Origin: Lepidodermella squamata
Taxonomy: Eukaryota > Animalia > Gastrotricha
Assembly: GCA_047495785.1 (NCBI GenBank)
Contig: JBLDXI010000040.1
Coordinates: 310,001 to 374,000 of the forward strand
Direction: 5' to 3'
Length of the DNA stretch: 64,000 bases
Positions within the stretch are counted from its first letter, which is position 1. The number at the start of each line of letters is the position of its first letter. The notes under the pieces are model-generated. The model made no database searches. It saw nothing but the letters and a program-made list of their open reading frames with translations, and was not told the origin of the DNA. A program made the translations under genes and the position numbers. Positions 25,301 to 38,796 of this stretch are shown here, one piece after another.

Positions 25301-28300
25301 CGGGTTTTACCCGGTAAATTATAAAAAAATTGATTATTGAAAAAACCGAAGATAAGCGGGAATTTAAAAGTTTCCTTTGGAACTAAAATGAGAATTTTGC
25401 GCTAAATTTTCGCTTGAATAATTAAAATTGAAAAAATACGAGGGAAACCAGAGTTCCTATTAGAAACTGAATATTTGAGTATATTCAAAAATTTCAAAGC
25501 TAAAAAAGTAAAATCTTAGATTATATTTTGACAGAAACCTATTACTCTATCTATTACACTATTACACACTATTACACTATTACTACTATACACTATTACT
25601 CTTTCTGCTTATACCTATAGGTATAAGCAGAAAGAGTAATAGTGTCAACGGAAAACTGCTCTTCAATTTTAATATTTTACACGAAAAGCGGTGAGTAATA
25701 ATAGCCGGCCACCTTAATAATTTCGTCATAAAAAAAAAACGTAACGCGAGCTGTTGGTGCGTGGACACGAGTAATTGACAAAGGCTATTATCTCGCGTCT
25801 AATTATCACCGGCTTCTGTGGCGCAATTGGTTAGCGCGTTCGGCTGTTAATGCCTACTCAAGCGGACACCGAAAGGTTGGTGGTTCGAGCCCACCCAGGA
25901 GCGAATATTTTTTTCAAATTTTGATTTGAATTTCAAATTTTTTACCCATTTTTTTTTAATTTGAAAAATCAATAAATATATCAATAAATAAATAAATAAC
26001 TTTTGACAAAATTACTGAAATTTTTGAAATATTAAAAAGTTCAACAAATTTCAAAATTTTCAAAATATTCAAGCATTTTTTCAATTTTACTCACAGAATT
26101 TTTTTTTTATTTTATTTTTATTTTACAATATTGAGAAATTACTCACTTGTTGATTTTGTTTTTGAAGCATTTTCGTCAGGCCTAAGATGGCTTTATCGCG
26201 GACAGTGAGCTGTTTCGAGAATTTCGCCAGTTCAGAAGCCATCGCAGTCAGCATGGCGTCTTTGTTCTGGTCGAAAAGTTGAGCAACAACGAGAGCCGAG
26301 TTCGAGGTAGAGGCGGCGGCGGGCGATGAAGCCGACCGCGGAAGACCCATGTCGCAATCGTCGCAGCTCGACGTTGGCGCAACGGCTGTTTTAGCCAATT
26401 CATCCGACAGAGATCTGAAAGAGACGAAAAGCTTGCATTTAAACCATGATTAGCCTCATTTTTCCGGCGCAGGTTCAATTTTTACTAAAGCGCAGTTTTT
26501 TTTACAAAATTGTCTACAGACTAGAGTGAACGGTTCTAACTTCGGACACCAAACAGTCAAAGAATTCTCGGCTTTTGTGGGAATGAAATGGGGGAAAGTG
26601 CCAAGTGGCAAACCTGTGGCCCGGCTATCTGGCTACCTGTAGCAATTTTCCAAATTTTTACATCTATTTACCTTGATTTCTTGTTAATTGTTTAGCCATT
26701 GTCGTGCTGTCCGAAGTTAGGGCCCCAGGTGCCCTAATTTCGGACACATCAAGGTAAATCCCATTCACCTTGAATTTGGAGTCATTCGAAAGCCCTCTAC
26801 TAGGCGATGAGGAATATCTGGTTTGCCGCTTTAAAAAAGATCACATAGCATCGATAAAAAATATTTAAATTTGAAAAAATTCATGAACAATTTGGCGTAT
26901 TTTGACTCGATTTCCTTGAGACAAAGGTATACAGTAACTAGATAACAATGGGAGTGGCAAGTGTGCACCTTAAATTTAGGGTTCCAGCACTAATTTTGAG
27001 ACTCCAGCCCTAGAATTCCACTAAATATGGGTTTTCGGGTTTCAAGTCTTCTCTAGAATCTAAATTTTCCTCTTATCATGCCTAACCGATAGATCGTCAT
27101 ATTACGAGTATTTTGCGCTATAAGCGGTCCGTTTACGAGTTATACTCAAGCCTGCAGAGCTGATATCGATTCCAAGTATCGATTTAAAAAATCAGTGATT
27201 TTACCGATATCACCCGTTGTGGAACCCAACATCGATAGTTTTCTACGCAGTTTAGGGCACCAGGTAGCTAAAATAACAAATCCTAGGATCAGGGAGGGCA
27301 TCGGTATCGATAAAACTGAAAACGCCGAAATCGCAATAAGAATGTTTGTTCGAGCGGCCGAGTGAAAAATGACCAAACAAAGCTTTAGAATTATGAAATT
27401 ATAAAATATGAATAATGAAATATGAACTATACGAAGTATAAAATAGGTAATATAGCGATTTTCAGATTCAAATGCTTCTTGAAGTCAAAACGCGCGCGAA
27501 ATGCAAGTGATAAACACGCGGACCTCTGCTAGCCGCAAAGAACGAGGCTAACCGCGAAAAAGCGACAGGAAAATCGTGGCTTGAGAATCACTGAATTAAG
27601 TAATCCCCTTTGTACCTATCATTTTGCATCATTGGTATCTTGATTTCAGGTGAATTTTCAAAGTTAAAAGCAATAGCTAGAATGAACATCAATAAAAATT
27701 AAAAATATAAATTTCAATTTTTCAGTTTTGATTCATCAACCATTGTTGCGTCACAAAATTGAGCGCGTAAACAGTTAAATTTTGGTTTTTTTAATCGCCG
27801 AAAACTTGGCAGCGCGAGAGCTCTAATTTCGGACGTCCGAAATTAGGCACACTACCCTGTCCGAATTTGAGGCACTGTCCGAAGTTAGAACCGTTCACTC
27901 TATATTTAGCGGAACAAAATTTAAATGCCGCCAAGCCAATTTCGCCTCAAACACAAGGTCGCTTTTCGAATATTTTTACTTTTTACGAATTTAAGGTAAT
28001 GTATGAATTCTGAAGTGAAAAATGCGTCATGTACAGGATTTTACGCTGAATTTGAAGATGATTCAATAAAAGAGATCTCCGAAATGCGGTTTTAGGATAC
28101 AAAATTCCGAAATTCGGCTCCGCTAAAGTAAGACCCGATTTTCTACCCTGAACAATTTTTCTCTGATTGAAGGGGGGCTTAAAAAAGCTATTAATTTGGC
28201 AGAAATTCAAGAAAATTCATCGGACACGAAAAAAAGGAAAATTTGCGGAATTTCAAGACAGCACAAAAGGGGCCGCTATCCCTTTAGTAAATTTCAAACT

Positions 28301-31300
28301 CAGAATTTTTAAAATATTTTTCGGGATACGTTTCATTATTTCTCCATCTCAATAATCAGAAGTTCCTACAGCGAGTCCCATAAGTAACGCAATAAAAAAA
28401 ATACACAGAAAAGGGTTCAGAAACTCTAAAATGAGAAAGTCACATCTCATGGCCAGCAAATTTTTAGAAAAATTCAAAAAATCACGAAAATTATAATCAA
28501 TAATGTCACTTGTTAATGGGATTAACAAAGTCCGGAGAAATTTAGTCCAACTGGGTAAAATACCGAAAATTACCGAACCAGTTAACATCGAGATTTTTCG
28601 GGATTTCTCCGGTAAATTTTTCATTTCTGCGATTAAATTGCGGATAAAAGATGGAATAGGTATACTCTCGGTAGGTTTAATTTGATAAAATTAGTTGAAT
28701 TTCCTGCAAAAAACTCCCAAAGTAAAAAATAATTGCGCTACTACTGGGACACGCTGTACTAAATAGCGTCCTGAATCCACCAAATGAAAATCGAATTTAT
28801 TGAAAATTTACTATAAAAAATGGAAATAAAAACATAAATTGTTCCAAAGATTTTTCAGGAATTTCGTCAACTTGCAGTCGATAGATAGCACCGGCATCTC
28901 TACAAAAAATCGACTAACCCGCAGCAATTTCTGCAGATATAATACGTAAGGCCTATATTAAACCGGGCCTTATACTAAAAAGAATCTGAATTTTTCTAAT
29001 TAATCTCAAAATTACCAGAAAAGTAAAATCGAATTTTAGGGCGGATCAATTATTCAAAGTTTGGTCCAATTTTGATTCCACCAATTTTGTTGGATTTCGC
29101 CGAATTGAATTTATTTCACCCCAAATTTGCCGTCTAAAACACCAACCTGACTTTCTGCTCGAGACTGTTGATTTCTTCCAATTTCGACGATTCGAGCTCA
29201 TCATACCGCCGCTTCAAGTCCTCAATCTCCCAAACGGCCGTCTGGCGTTGCGATTTCAACAGCGCATCCTTCGCCTCGACATCGCGCCGCAACTCGGCAA
29301 TTTCCTCGCCTCGCTCGCCCAACTGCGCCCGCATCTGCTCGATCTGCTTCGTCATCGCCGCCTCGCGCTCCAACGACGTAGCCGCTCGCTTTTGCGCATC
29401 CGCCGTCGCCTTCTGCCGCAACTGCCGCTCCATGTCCAGCTCTTTATTCAACACAGCCATCTGTTCTTCGAGACTTGATATCTGCGCCGTCGTTGATTTC
29501 CCGCTGAATTCAAGATCCGCTTTCAATTTCGCCATTTTCTGAATAAAAACCAAAGTTGACATCATTTTTCAAGCGGTGAATAAAGTAAATAGAAAAAATA
29601 TGCACTAAGAGGGCTGGTTAGGGGCCGGTCAATAATTTGATCGGTTTTTCAATGCGACATATTGATAATGTTGATCTCATGAATATTGAAGCGAAATTCT
29701 GGTCGCAATTAACACTTGACCGCTATTGTGTTACTTTTTAAGCGAAAATAAACGAGAATATCCGACCTATACATCGATTATCAACTAAAGAATAAGAAAG
29801 ATCAGAATAATTGTTCGAGAATTTAATTCAAAATCAGCGAAATTCAGGGCTAAATTTTCAAATTAAGCTGATTTTCATCGGCCATGAATTTTAAAACAGT
29901 GGGTGGTATTCTCGAAGCAGTTTACATTAAAACCAAGTTTTATAAGACCAAACCAAAAACATTTTCGGTCTGAACAAGACCAAGAGCGTATTCTCGCGTA
30001 TATAAAACGAGTTCAGTTTCTGATCGGGGATAAACTGTAGACTTTATTAGACTAATTAGGTTGCGTAACAATCACGTTAAAATTACGAAAAAGTTGAAAA
30101 TTAACTTTGAAATTAGAATATGTTGGAAAATGTGGAATTGTTGGAATAGGGAACCGGGTGCCCTAATTTCGGCCACCTCATCCAGTTATACTAATACCTT
30201 AAGTTTGATACCGTTAAATTCGCCTCGGTAATTCGCCTAACGTGGAAATGGCCTTTGTTGCTTTACCTGAGAGCTTATCCTTGACGACATGATGCCTGAA
30301 ATTCGGGTGTTTATGGTACAAAGCACTCGAGAAGCGACATGGCCCCCTCGCCTGAATTTAGAAATTTTTTTTGCTGCACAGCACTTAGTGTCCGAATTTC
30401 GGCCAGTGGCCGAAGTTAAGCCGCAGCGACCGAATTTAGGGATTCCTGCTCTTCGAAAAATGGGCGGTACAGCCTGGTTAACTATGATGCTGGGGAACAT
30501 GTTCTCCTACTATCGGCTAACCCGAGCCCTTTGCCAAAAATCGAAAAGTTGGCAGGTCAATATTAAATGAATTTCCGGCTGTCTGTAGTTCAATAATGCG
30601 ATCATTTCGAAGTTGATTAAAAATTCTCGGCGATTTTTTCATGAAAGCCATGATTTTCCAAATTATTACCCTTTATCTAACCACCTGGCCGGGATAATGA
30701 CTGCCATACTAAATTGATGTATACCCGGAGATTCCTCTAAATCAAAACACCGTCCAAAACAGATAAAATCAATACCGATTTCTTGGAGGTAGCAGCGACC
30801 TTGACGAAATTGGGTAGCTTGTCTGACACGTGATTTAAATAAGGATTTATCATGGCCGCATTTCTTTGACTCGAATATATGAACCATCTGGCAGAAACTA
30901 ACATGATGATTTATTGCTTCATTCCATTTAAATTGCCACAATTTTTTCGCGCATTTTACACGTGAAATCGGCCGGGTTACCTTAGATTTTCAGGTAATCA
31001 CAGCTCATTTGCTTACTAGATGTTATCTCGAGTCGAATGACTTGGGCTGTGAAATCGGCATTTTTTTACGATCCCAGAATTTAGATATAGTAATGCCACA
31101 TTAATCTCAGCCTGAAATTGATCACTTATCTACCGTTTTAAATTTAACATTTCGAAATGTGAATGCAGAATGCAGGTTGTAGCGCAAGTACTAAATGAAT
31201 TATTTTCAGAAAAATAAGGTAACATTTCTTGATAGCGAAAATTATTGATAGGTAAAATTAGCGAGATGGTGAATTTATTAGCCAATGAAAACGAAAGGTA

Positions 31301-34300
31301 CTCAATATGAATCCGCAAAATTCACTAATCGTTTCATATGAGAAATATTCAGATATATTCAAATATTCAAATCGGCTCCTTTTGATGAATAATTGGTCAA
31401 CTATTTTCTATTTTTACAGCCATAGGCAGGAAATCCCCTCAAAAAAATCCTGCTGAAAATATTTATGTACATTCCCATGTAATAACGCGGGTGAACAAAA
31501 TATTGGATTATGCAAATTAATCAGCCACCTTAAATTACGCTCATCGGAAGAGGTGGTTTCAGAGTTTTTCATGAAGTTTGTTTTTCGCTAATGCGTAAAG
31601 TTTCATCGCCATGTAGCCGATATTAGATCCTGTCCTCAGTCTTAGCCTTAGTCTTGTATCAGTATAGAGTACTCGTTACTTCATCTATGCAAACTGTTGA
31701 ACTGGTCCGTATTCACGCGGGGCTATTCTTGGTTTCTAAATATCACTTTTAGAACTCGGGTTTCAGTTTTCTCGTTCATGAGAAGCTGAAACCAGATTTT
31801 TCTAGAAAATAAACTCCAAATGTGTAGACCTGGTAGGGTGCAGGTCTACAGCTCATGGGTAAATTTGGACTGAACTGGCGGTTTTAACGGGGGGTTTGAA
31901 ACAGTTCGGTTTTAAAATTTAAAACTTGGTTTTAAAGAAAGCCATCCATCGCCGGATTAACAGCTGTTTTAGCCGTTTGTCCCAACTTCTGTGTTTCATA
32001 ACAATTGAATGTACCAAAAGAACAATCGACAAAAATTCGTGGACAATCCTAAAACCAAATGCTAATTTGATTTGGTCTACATGAAACCAGGTCTATACCC
32101 AGTTTGGTCTTAACATCGACAAAACCGCTTCGAGAATACCACCCAGTGATTTGATACAAATATGATACAAGGATCAAAATATTTAAAAAAAATTAGGAAA
32201 AATTCTCGAAACTGGACAATCGATCTATTTAGAATTCTCAACTTCAGCAAAGCCAGATTAATTCAAAAATTAAAAAGAAATTACTGGAAAATCCCTTAAT
32301 TTATAGGAAAACTTTCAGTAAAATTTCAGGCAATTTCCCGTTTTTATGAAAATCTAGCAATACATATTTTGAAAAATTCCCTTTCCAAGATGAAATTCAA
32401 GTTTTAAAATGGTTCTATGTCAATTGAGCAAACGAAAATTGAGCAACGAAAATAGAGCAAGGGCTTTTTCGCAACGATATTAGAGCAAACGAAATTAGAG
32501 CAAAACGACTTCTGAGCAAACGAAATTAGAGCAAAACGAGATTAGAGCAAAACGACACGAGAGCAAATTTAATAATTAATTGCAGCTGTTGTTTATTTTA
32601 AATAAAATTTGCTCTCGTGTCGTTTTGCTCTAATCTCGTTTTGCTCAAAAGCCGTTTTGCTCTAATTTCGTTTGCTCAGAAGTCGTTTTGCACTATTTTC
32701 GTTTGCTCTAATATCGTTGCTCAAAAGCCCTTGCTCTATTTTCGTTTGCTCAATTGGCATAGAACCAAATTTAGGGCTAAATTTTCAAATTAAGCTGATT
32801 TTCATCGGCCATGAATTTTAAAACAGTGATTTGATAGAAATATGATACAAGGATCAAAATGTTGAAAAAATTCTCGTAACAGGACAATCGATCTATTTTT
32901 GAATTCTCAAATTCAGCAAAACCAGATTCGCTCAAAAATTAATAAGAAATTACTGGAAGATCCCTTTATTCATAGGTAAAATTTCAGTTAAATTTCAGGC
33001 GATTTCCCGTTTCTATGAAAATAAAATCTATGCATATTTTGAAAAATTCTCTTTTCAAGATGAAATTTAAAATTTAGTTTAAAATATAGCATGAAAATAA
33101 AAAATCGCCATATATCACAACACAAAATTTTGCAGTTTTACTCAATTTTTTCCCCAACAATTGTTTTTCTATTCTACATTTTCGGAACAAAATTCGATGA
33201 TGCTCGTGGAAAAAATTAGGTTAATTGGGCTAAGTTTATAACCTCAACTAAATTCTCAATTAATTCTAGATTTTTTAAATATTATTTTTCCAATTTTTTT
33301 GAATTTTTCAATCTGGCTCCCACAACTTGATGAATGATGACGAATGACGATAAAGTCTAAAATGAAAAATTTTCGAGTCAGTAAAAACTATTTTTCATCA
33401 AATTATAACCGATCAACCAAAATATCATAGGAATTTCTAGTAAAATAAAAAAAAAATCAAAGGAAAAAATGATTACATACCTCACTCTCAAGATGCAAAG
33501 ATTCGTTTAACCGGCGATTTTCGTCTGTTAAATTCACAATTTTTTCCATACTCACCTATAAATAAATAAAATTTAAACAAATTTAAGAAAAAATAGCGAA
33601 AAAACGTACTTTTTCCTTGGACCGAAGATCATGTATCACAGAATTAAGCTCACGTTTTTCATCCGTAAAAATCGAAAACATTTCATCACGAAGCCGCGCG
33701 CCCTCGTCGCACTTCTCACAGAAAACCTGAACCGGTGGCGTATTTTCATCCGTCAACGTCGTCGCATTCAACATCGCCGGCTTGTACGGCTGGTGCTGCT
33801 GCGTATACGCCAATTTCGACCGCGCCGCATTCAACTCAGCCACCAGTTGCGGATACGTCTCAAGCGCTTTTTGCAAATCGCATTCCAACTGCGAAATTTT
33901 CTCCTTCAACGACTTATTCTCCGACTCGAGTAACATAGCCGTTTTCTTCAGTTCGATATCGCTAGGTGACACAATTTTCCCGTGAGATTGCTCGTAGTAG
34001 AGCTCGAGCCGAAGCCGCAAATCAACGATAGTCTTCTGCATTTCAGCCATTTCTCGCTCCATATCGCCTAGAGTTCGGTTATTCCCTCGATTTTGCGACG
34101 AAATAATTAAGGGAGATTTAGTCGCCGGCGGGCCAATTGGCGATTTTTCAACAATAATCGTCTTCAAACTCGAATCACCGCTGGATGAATCGATATTCGA
34201 CATGCTAGAACTCGGCCGAATTTTAACTGGAGTTTGGTTTAAAATCGCCAAATTCCCGCTCGAATTTTGGCGTTTTAAACACCGAAAATTCATGACAAGA

Positions 34301-34650
34301 TCGTCCTGAGCGTTGTTCGAAGAAATTCGGTCCGAATTCGACGCCGATGTCAGCCCGTCCGATGACGCGTTCGACGCCAGATCGTCGCTATTCGCCGCCG
34401 AGTGATTGCCAGAGTCTTGATAGATCATTTTTCGCGGGGTCGATTTTTTCGGCGTTGTAATCACGATTTCGTCCTCATTATCGCTCGTATTCAGGTTAAT
34501 TTTCCTGTTCGAGAGTAGCCAAACAAGAAATTGTAGTAGAGATTTCAGTTTTAATACGAAAAAATTATGACTAGTATGGCGCTTCATCGACTTGACTTTC
34601 AACCGTTTAGCCGGCGGTTGCACGTCGATTTCTTCTAAAATTTTCGCCAT
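16347..34650 (-). CDS. cnn: Centrosomin / CDK5RAP2 / myomegalin family coiled-coil protein
   Basis: CM1-like motif RTLGDMEREMAEMQKTIVDLRLRLELYYE near the N-terminus and CM2-like motif AKEVAETSIYSKLSSHEEVLHQVRSNLQ near the C-terminus. Coiled-coil exons at ~33610-34650, ~33485-33555, ~29150-29538, 26147-26414, 24164-24970, 22378-~22676, 18424-18987 and 16347-17326. The start codon is approximate. Confidence 0.8.
19381..19893. mobile_element. Tc1/mariner-pogo-type MITE
   Basis: TIRs ccgtaaactacagtata..ggccgc / gcggcc..tatactgtagtttacgg, TA on both flanks, and an internal 60-bp tandem repeat at ~19720-19860. Confidence 0.85.
23524..23734. mobile_element. Short foldback element / MITE
   Basis: Imperfect inverted arms of ~80 bp: atttaggcgcatt..gtatcacaaccaccgaatctac / gtagattcggtggttgtgatac..aatgcgcctaaat. 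Confidence 0.7.
25538..25645. repeat. (ctattaca)n microsatellite followed by a perfect 56-bp palindrome
   Basis: acactattactctttctgcttataccta|taggtataagcagaaagagtaatagtgt at 25590-25645, with no spacer. Confidence 0.85.
25812..25903 (+). tRNA. trnN-GUU: tRNA-Asn(GTT) with an 18-nt intron
   Basis: Acceptor stem GCTTCTG/CAGGAGC, A box TGGCGCAATTGG, anticodon GTT at 25846-48, insertion 25850-25867 after position 37, T-loop GGTTCGAGCC, discriminator G. Confidence 0.93.
25908..25914 (+). terminator. RNA polymerase III T-run terminator
   Basis: A T7 tract starts 4 nt after the tRNA 3' end. Confidence 0.75.
26524..27900. mobile_element. Non-autonomous TA-flanked DNA transposon (Tc1/mariner-pogo-like)
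   Basis: TIRs gagtgaacggttctaacttcggaca / tgtccgaagttagaaccgttcactc, TA on both sides, and subterminal repeats ctaatttcggac. Confidence 0.85.
29901..32144. mobile_element. Non-autonomous DNA transposon with a 3-bp TSD (PIF/Harbinger-like)
   Basis: TIRs gggtggtattctcgaagc / gcttcgagaataccaccc with TSD AGT. The empty site (ttttaaaacAGTgatttgata) is preserved in the duplicated copy at ~32820. Confidence 0.85.
32411..32766. mobile_element. Foldback MITE built from gagcaaacga-type subrepeats
   Basis: Near full-length inverted repeat ggttctatg..catagaacc, flanked by AAAT on both sides. Confidence 0.85.
32767..33070. repeat. Second copy of a ~300-bp intronic tandem duplication
   Basis: Matches 29840-29900 joined to 32148-32405. 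Confidence 0.85.
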
Positions 34651-37600
34651 TTTTTCGAATGAGCAGATTTGACAGGGTGGTGGGGAATATTTCATTGAAA
34701 TCAGTCAAGGGTAAGAATTTAGCTTAATTAAGGTGGGGTTTTTAATGGTGAACGGTTGAATTTAGTAAAAATGGGCGTTTTTAAGGTGGAATTTTTAGAA
34801 TGTTTTGAGCCGCTCGCCTACGCGCGATAAACAACAACAAAAATCTTGAAATAAACACAGCGCTTTTTAGCTGAATTAAGTTAGATAGGCAAAACAGCGC
34901 GGGCGCGGTTAAAATGGAGTCAGGTATGATGTATTGAGAGAAATACGACGCGCTCTGTAAGATATTATCTGTAAAGAAGAATGTTTATTCTTCGCGCGCG
35001 CGGCCGTCTCGTATTTGCGCAATAAAGGTAGGTAACTAACAAAACTTGGACAGCTGACAGAATCGATCCGCCTTAACAAAGTCATCGCAATAATGGCCAG
35101 CGGGGTCAGCGCGCGAGGCATGCATGCACACACACAAGAGTCGAGTGGTGGTAGTGTGTAAGAAATGCTCATCCCTGAAATAAGACCCGTGACCTATGGC
35201 GATATTCGAAAATTACGCCACCACCTTAATGTTTCCGCCTTCAGCCTTCAGCCGCGTGTCACATGTCATAATGAATAAACACGATGATTTTGGGTAGGGG
35301 CGAGCGACAAATTAATTGACAAACATGCCACCTTAAAAATAGAGAGTCTAGTTTTTCGCCTCGGTGCGAGCACCTGTGCGATAATAGTAAACAAGCGCGA
35401 TCAATAGTAGCAAATAACAACAAACATCATGTCGAGATCGTCCTCGCCGGTCGATACTATTGATACAACGGGGCCGCTGTTTTTTGGCGGCAGCGGCGGG
35501 TTTTTGCGCTCCAGGAAGCGAAATTGTTGCAGGAAGTTCATAGGTGTACTAGTGTGAAAAACTAACGATTAACACGTCCGCCTTAAGCCGGCCCGCGGAC
35601 GCGGAAGTTAATCTACAAGCTATCGAATGGTCGTTTGAATGTAATATTGTGATAACAATACAACACATTTTCACACTGTTGTAAGTAACAATATGAATAA
35701 CGCATAGATTTAAGGCGGCGCGGAATCCTTAACGAATCGTACATATCCGCCGCACCTGGCTCGCGACTATAATGTTTATGAAGCGGCGGCGGGCGGGCGG
35801 TGAGACACATGTGTGTTGTTGAATCAACACGCTCGCACGCGCACGCGACGCTGATATACAGTCACTTAATCGATTTCTTCAGGTATTAGCTTTCTTACTT
35901 ACTTACTTACTCATCGAAACAATACTAACACAGGAAATAGTGTCGACAGCGCTGATTCGCGAGTTGAAAAATACTTTTTTTTCGGAGAAAACAACCCAAG
36001 GCTAAACGCGAAATCGGTTGCGTAAAACAAATACGGTGGTCAATTATGAACGATGACACAAGCTACGATATATGAATTAAGGACGAGTAAATAAAGAGTA
36101 AACAAGGTGGTTAGAGTACGTCCGCTGGATGCAAATTAGACGAATAAACAGCCCCGCAGGTAAGTTTGGTGGTCAAATATCCTCGATCGATCAATCAAAA
36201 CGCAATGATTCTCAATTCTATTCTATTAAGAATTCACCAATTGTAATTTAGAGCGCTTTAACAGGAACAGTGTGCACAAATTCAATCGAAATTAACAGAG
36301 CACCCTTGCCAGTTACGAAAATTGAAGTCTAAAATCAATCACTGAGTGCATTTGAATGCATAACTAAACTGATAAGAGATGAAATACGCTTTCATGTCAC
36401 TGTAACATGAGCAGATACGTTGGCTTATTCCCGTAACTGCGAATGAGAAGGGCACAGACAGCTAATTTAAGTATGTCTTTGCTAAGCATTTCAGAGTAGC
36501 TTCTACTAGAATTTTGTGCTTGGGTTCATGGGAGCAGAGAAACACGCTCAATGCCAACTGATGATCAAATACGCAGACTTTGATCAGCTCCATATAACAA
36601 ATAGCTCCTTCAACTTTACGATTAGAAGTAGCAGCAAAACAGTAAGGTGTCAACTCAGCAACACAGATGAAGCGCCTTAATGCTTGTATGTAAAATGCAC
36701 CAGGTAAGCTCGGTGACCGAGCATCGGAGCTTCTATCTGATTTGCGCACTGCGGTTACGAGTTAAGAGTATTAACAAATGATCAATACACTTGCGCGTCA
36801 AAGGGTTAATTTTCAGTTATGAAGAAACAAATATGGCAAATTTGAGGGATGAGGAACAAGGAGGGAACAAGGTAAATATCAGTGTAGTGTACAGGTTACT
36901 TACGAAACAATAGCCTCGCCGTGCCTGTCATTGCCCAAATAATGTTCAGCGATAAACGAAGTAAGAGAGATGGGAGGAAACGGGAAGCTAAATTGGAGCC
37001 TCGGTACTAACCCCGAAACGATCGAAGTCGGTCAACACTAAAGAATCAGGTGAGCTGTGAGAGGTTGGTGCCGCGAAATTCCGAAGGCTTAGCTATTTCA
37101 GCTATTTTCAACCCCATTCACATTCAACGGCGAAGGAGGTAGAAGGATAAAGGGGAGCAGAAACACAACACACAGCCACTAACCACTTGAGCAGTCGAAT
37201 TCACACTCGAGACTCAAGAAGCGGGCTGCGGAGCGATTTCCGTTGGCCAAATTCAAACATAGCGCGCTAAATTCAAAATATGATCTCAACCAAAAAAACA
37301 GCAACCTATCGTAATTATTCAAAATTGTGATCAATCCCACAATTTCAACATATTAAAAATATTTGTCGCATGCTTTTTTCAGGACTTGATTTCTCAAGAA
37401 TGATCAGGCGCACGAACTTTTTTCAACGGTAACAGCCGATAACCGATAACCGACAACCGTAATTGATTTGCAGTAAGGGAAAGGGTAACGTTAGGTATGA
37501 CAAGTGGCCTAGAAAAAAATATAGACCATATAGCATGTTTGGCCAGAAGTTTTCGAGTCTTTTTGAGTTTGATTACTTTACATCTGAACATGCTCAACTT

Positions 37601-38796
37601 CGGACTTGAGCTAGCAGGAAAAGCCGCCGGATCGTTTACTCTATACCCTCTTATAGTCAATTCTAAACAAAATGGGTGAGTTCATAGTTATATGTGGGAA
37701 GAAACTTACGATCGGGAAAAGTCAATGGGAAAGTGTTCGAACCGTCACTTTTACTGATGCTGAAATCAGTTGGAACTTCATCACCGGAAAATATCAGAGA
37801 TGCTGACTGGTGGTCAAGCGCAGCTATCTGAAAAACTTATAAATACTCCCTTTATTAATAGCGCATACAGCTCTATGTAGCAGAATTTTCATGTAGAATT
37901 AGCTCTATCAGGACCGGACAGCGACGACCATCCAGCAAACAAACAAAATAAAATTCGAGGGCGTATCAACCATACTAACTGGAAAACTGACCGCCAGTCA
38001 AGTCATTTAGCTGATCACCGACTTCAGAAAATTCGACGCATTCATTGTCCGAATTTTATTTCATATTTCATCACCAACGGCAATCATATCAAAACCGACG
38101 GCCTTGATTCTTTATCATTCACATAACACCGACGTGTCACTTACACCTTTAGGCAGTTCGATGTGTCATTCATTCAACGTTAGCTGTACTAGCATTTTAT
38201 CAGGCCTGCTAGTGCCAGCCGTTTTTTTAGGGAATACAAATGTCAAAGAGTAGCGAGCAGAACATACCCGAGTCTGAGGTAGTAAAGCCTTTAGTAAACC
38301 TCGGTTAATTAATTTTTAATGCAACAAATCACTCGATTTGCGTGACGCGACGTGATTTTTTTCTAGCTGGAAACATATTACATGTCTGAAGCATTTCCTG
38401 TGCCACTTGCGGACGCAAAAAATTGCATTATCGGAAAATTACTACAAGACCAGCACAACTTCGACGTGCCTATGCTGAGCCCTTGTTCCGTACATCACTC
38501 TTGAGAGTGATCTTCGTCTGTGGTGGATTTCTAGTGGACTCCTTTGTGTCCTGGTTCCTGGTTGGCTAGATGCAAGGAATTCTATTCCCAGCAATTTTCT
38601 TAATTCACATTTAGATACTCTTATATTATTGCAATCGATTTTTTTAGTACCTAAATCATGACAGGAAGTCGAAAGAAGTTTTCATTACAACCGGATATCG
38701 AGTTTCTGATACGGAATTGCTATACTCAGACTGCTATCTTTATTAATTTACTAGCAGACAGTGTACATTTCTTTCATTTTTTCAATAGCGGGCTAA

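Noticed and set aside
32430-32750. Regularly spaced gagcaaa repeats as a CRISPR-like array
   Set aside because: The units are short and mirrored in the opposite arm, so they are foldback subrepeats.
36200-38700. Possible gene or TE between centrosomin and the receptor genes
   Set aside because: Only scattered fragments (an aaagggttaa end, ccgataa repeats). No paired termini or coherent exon chain.
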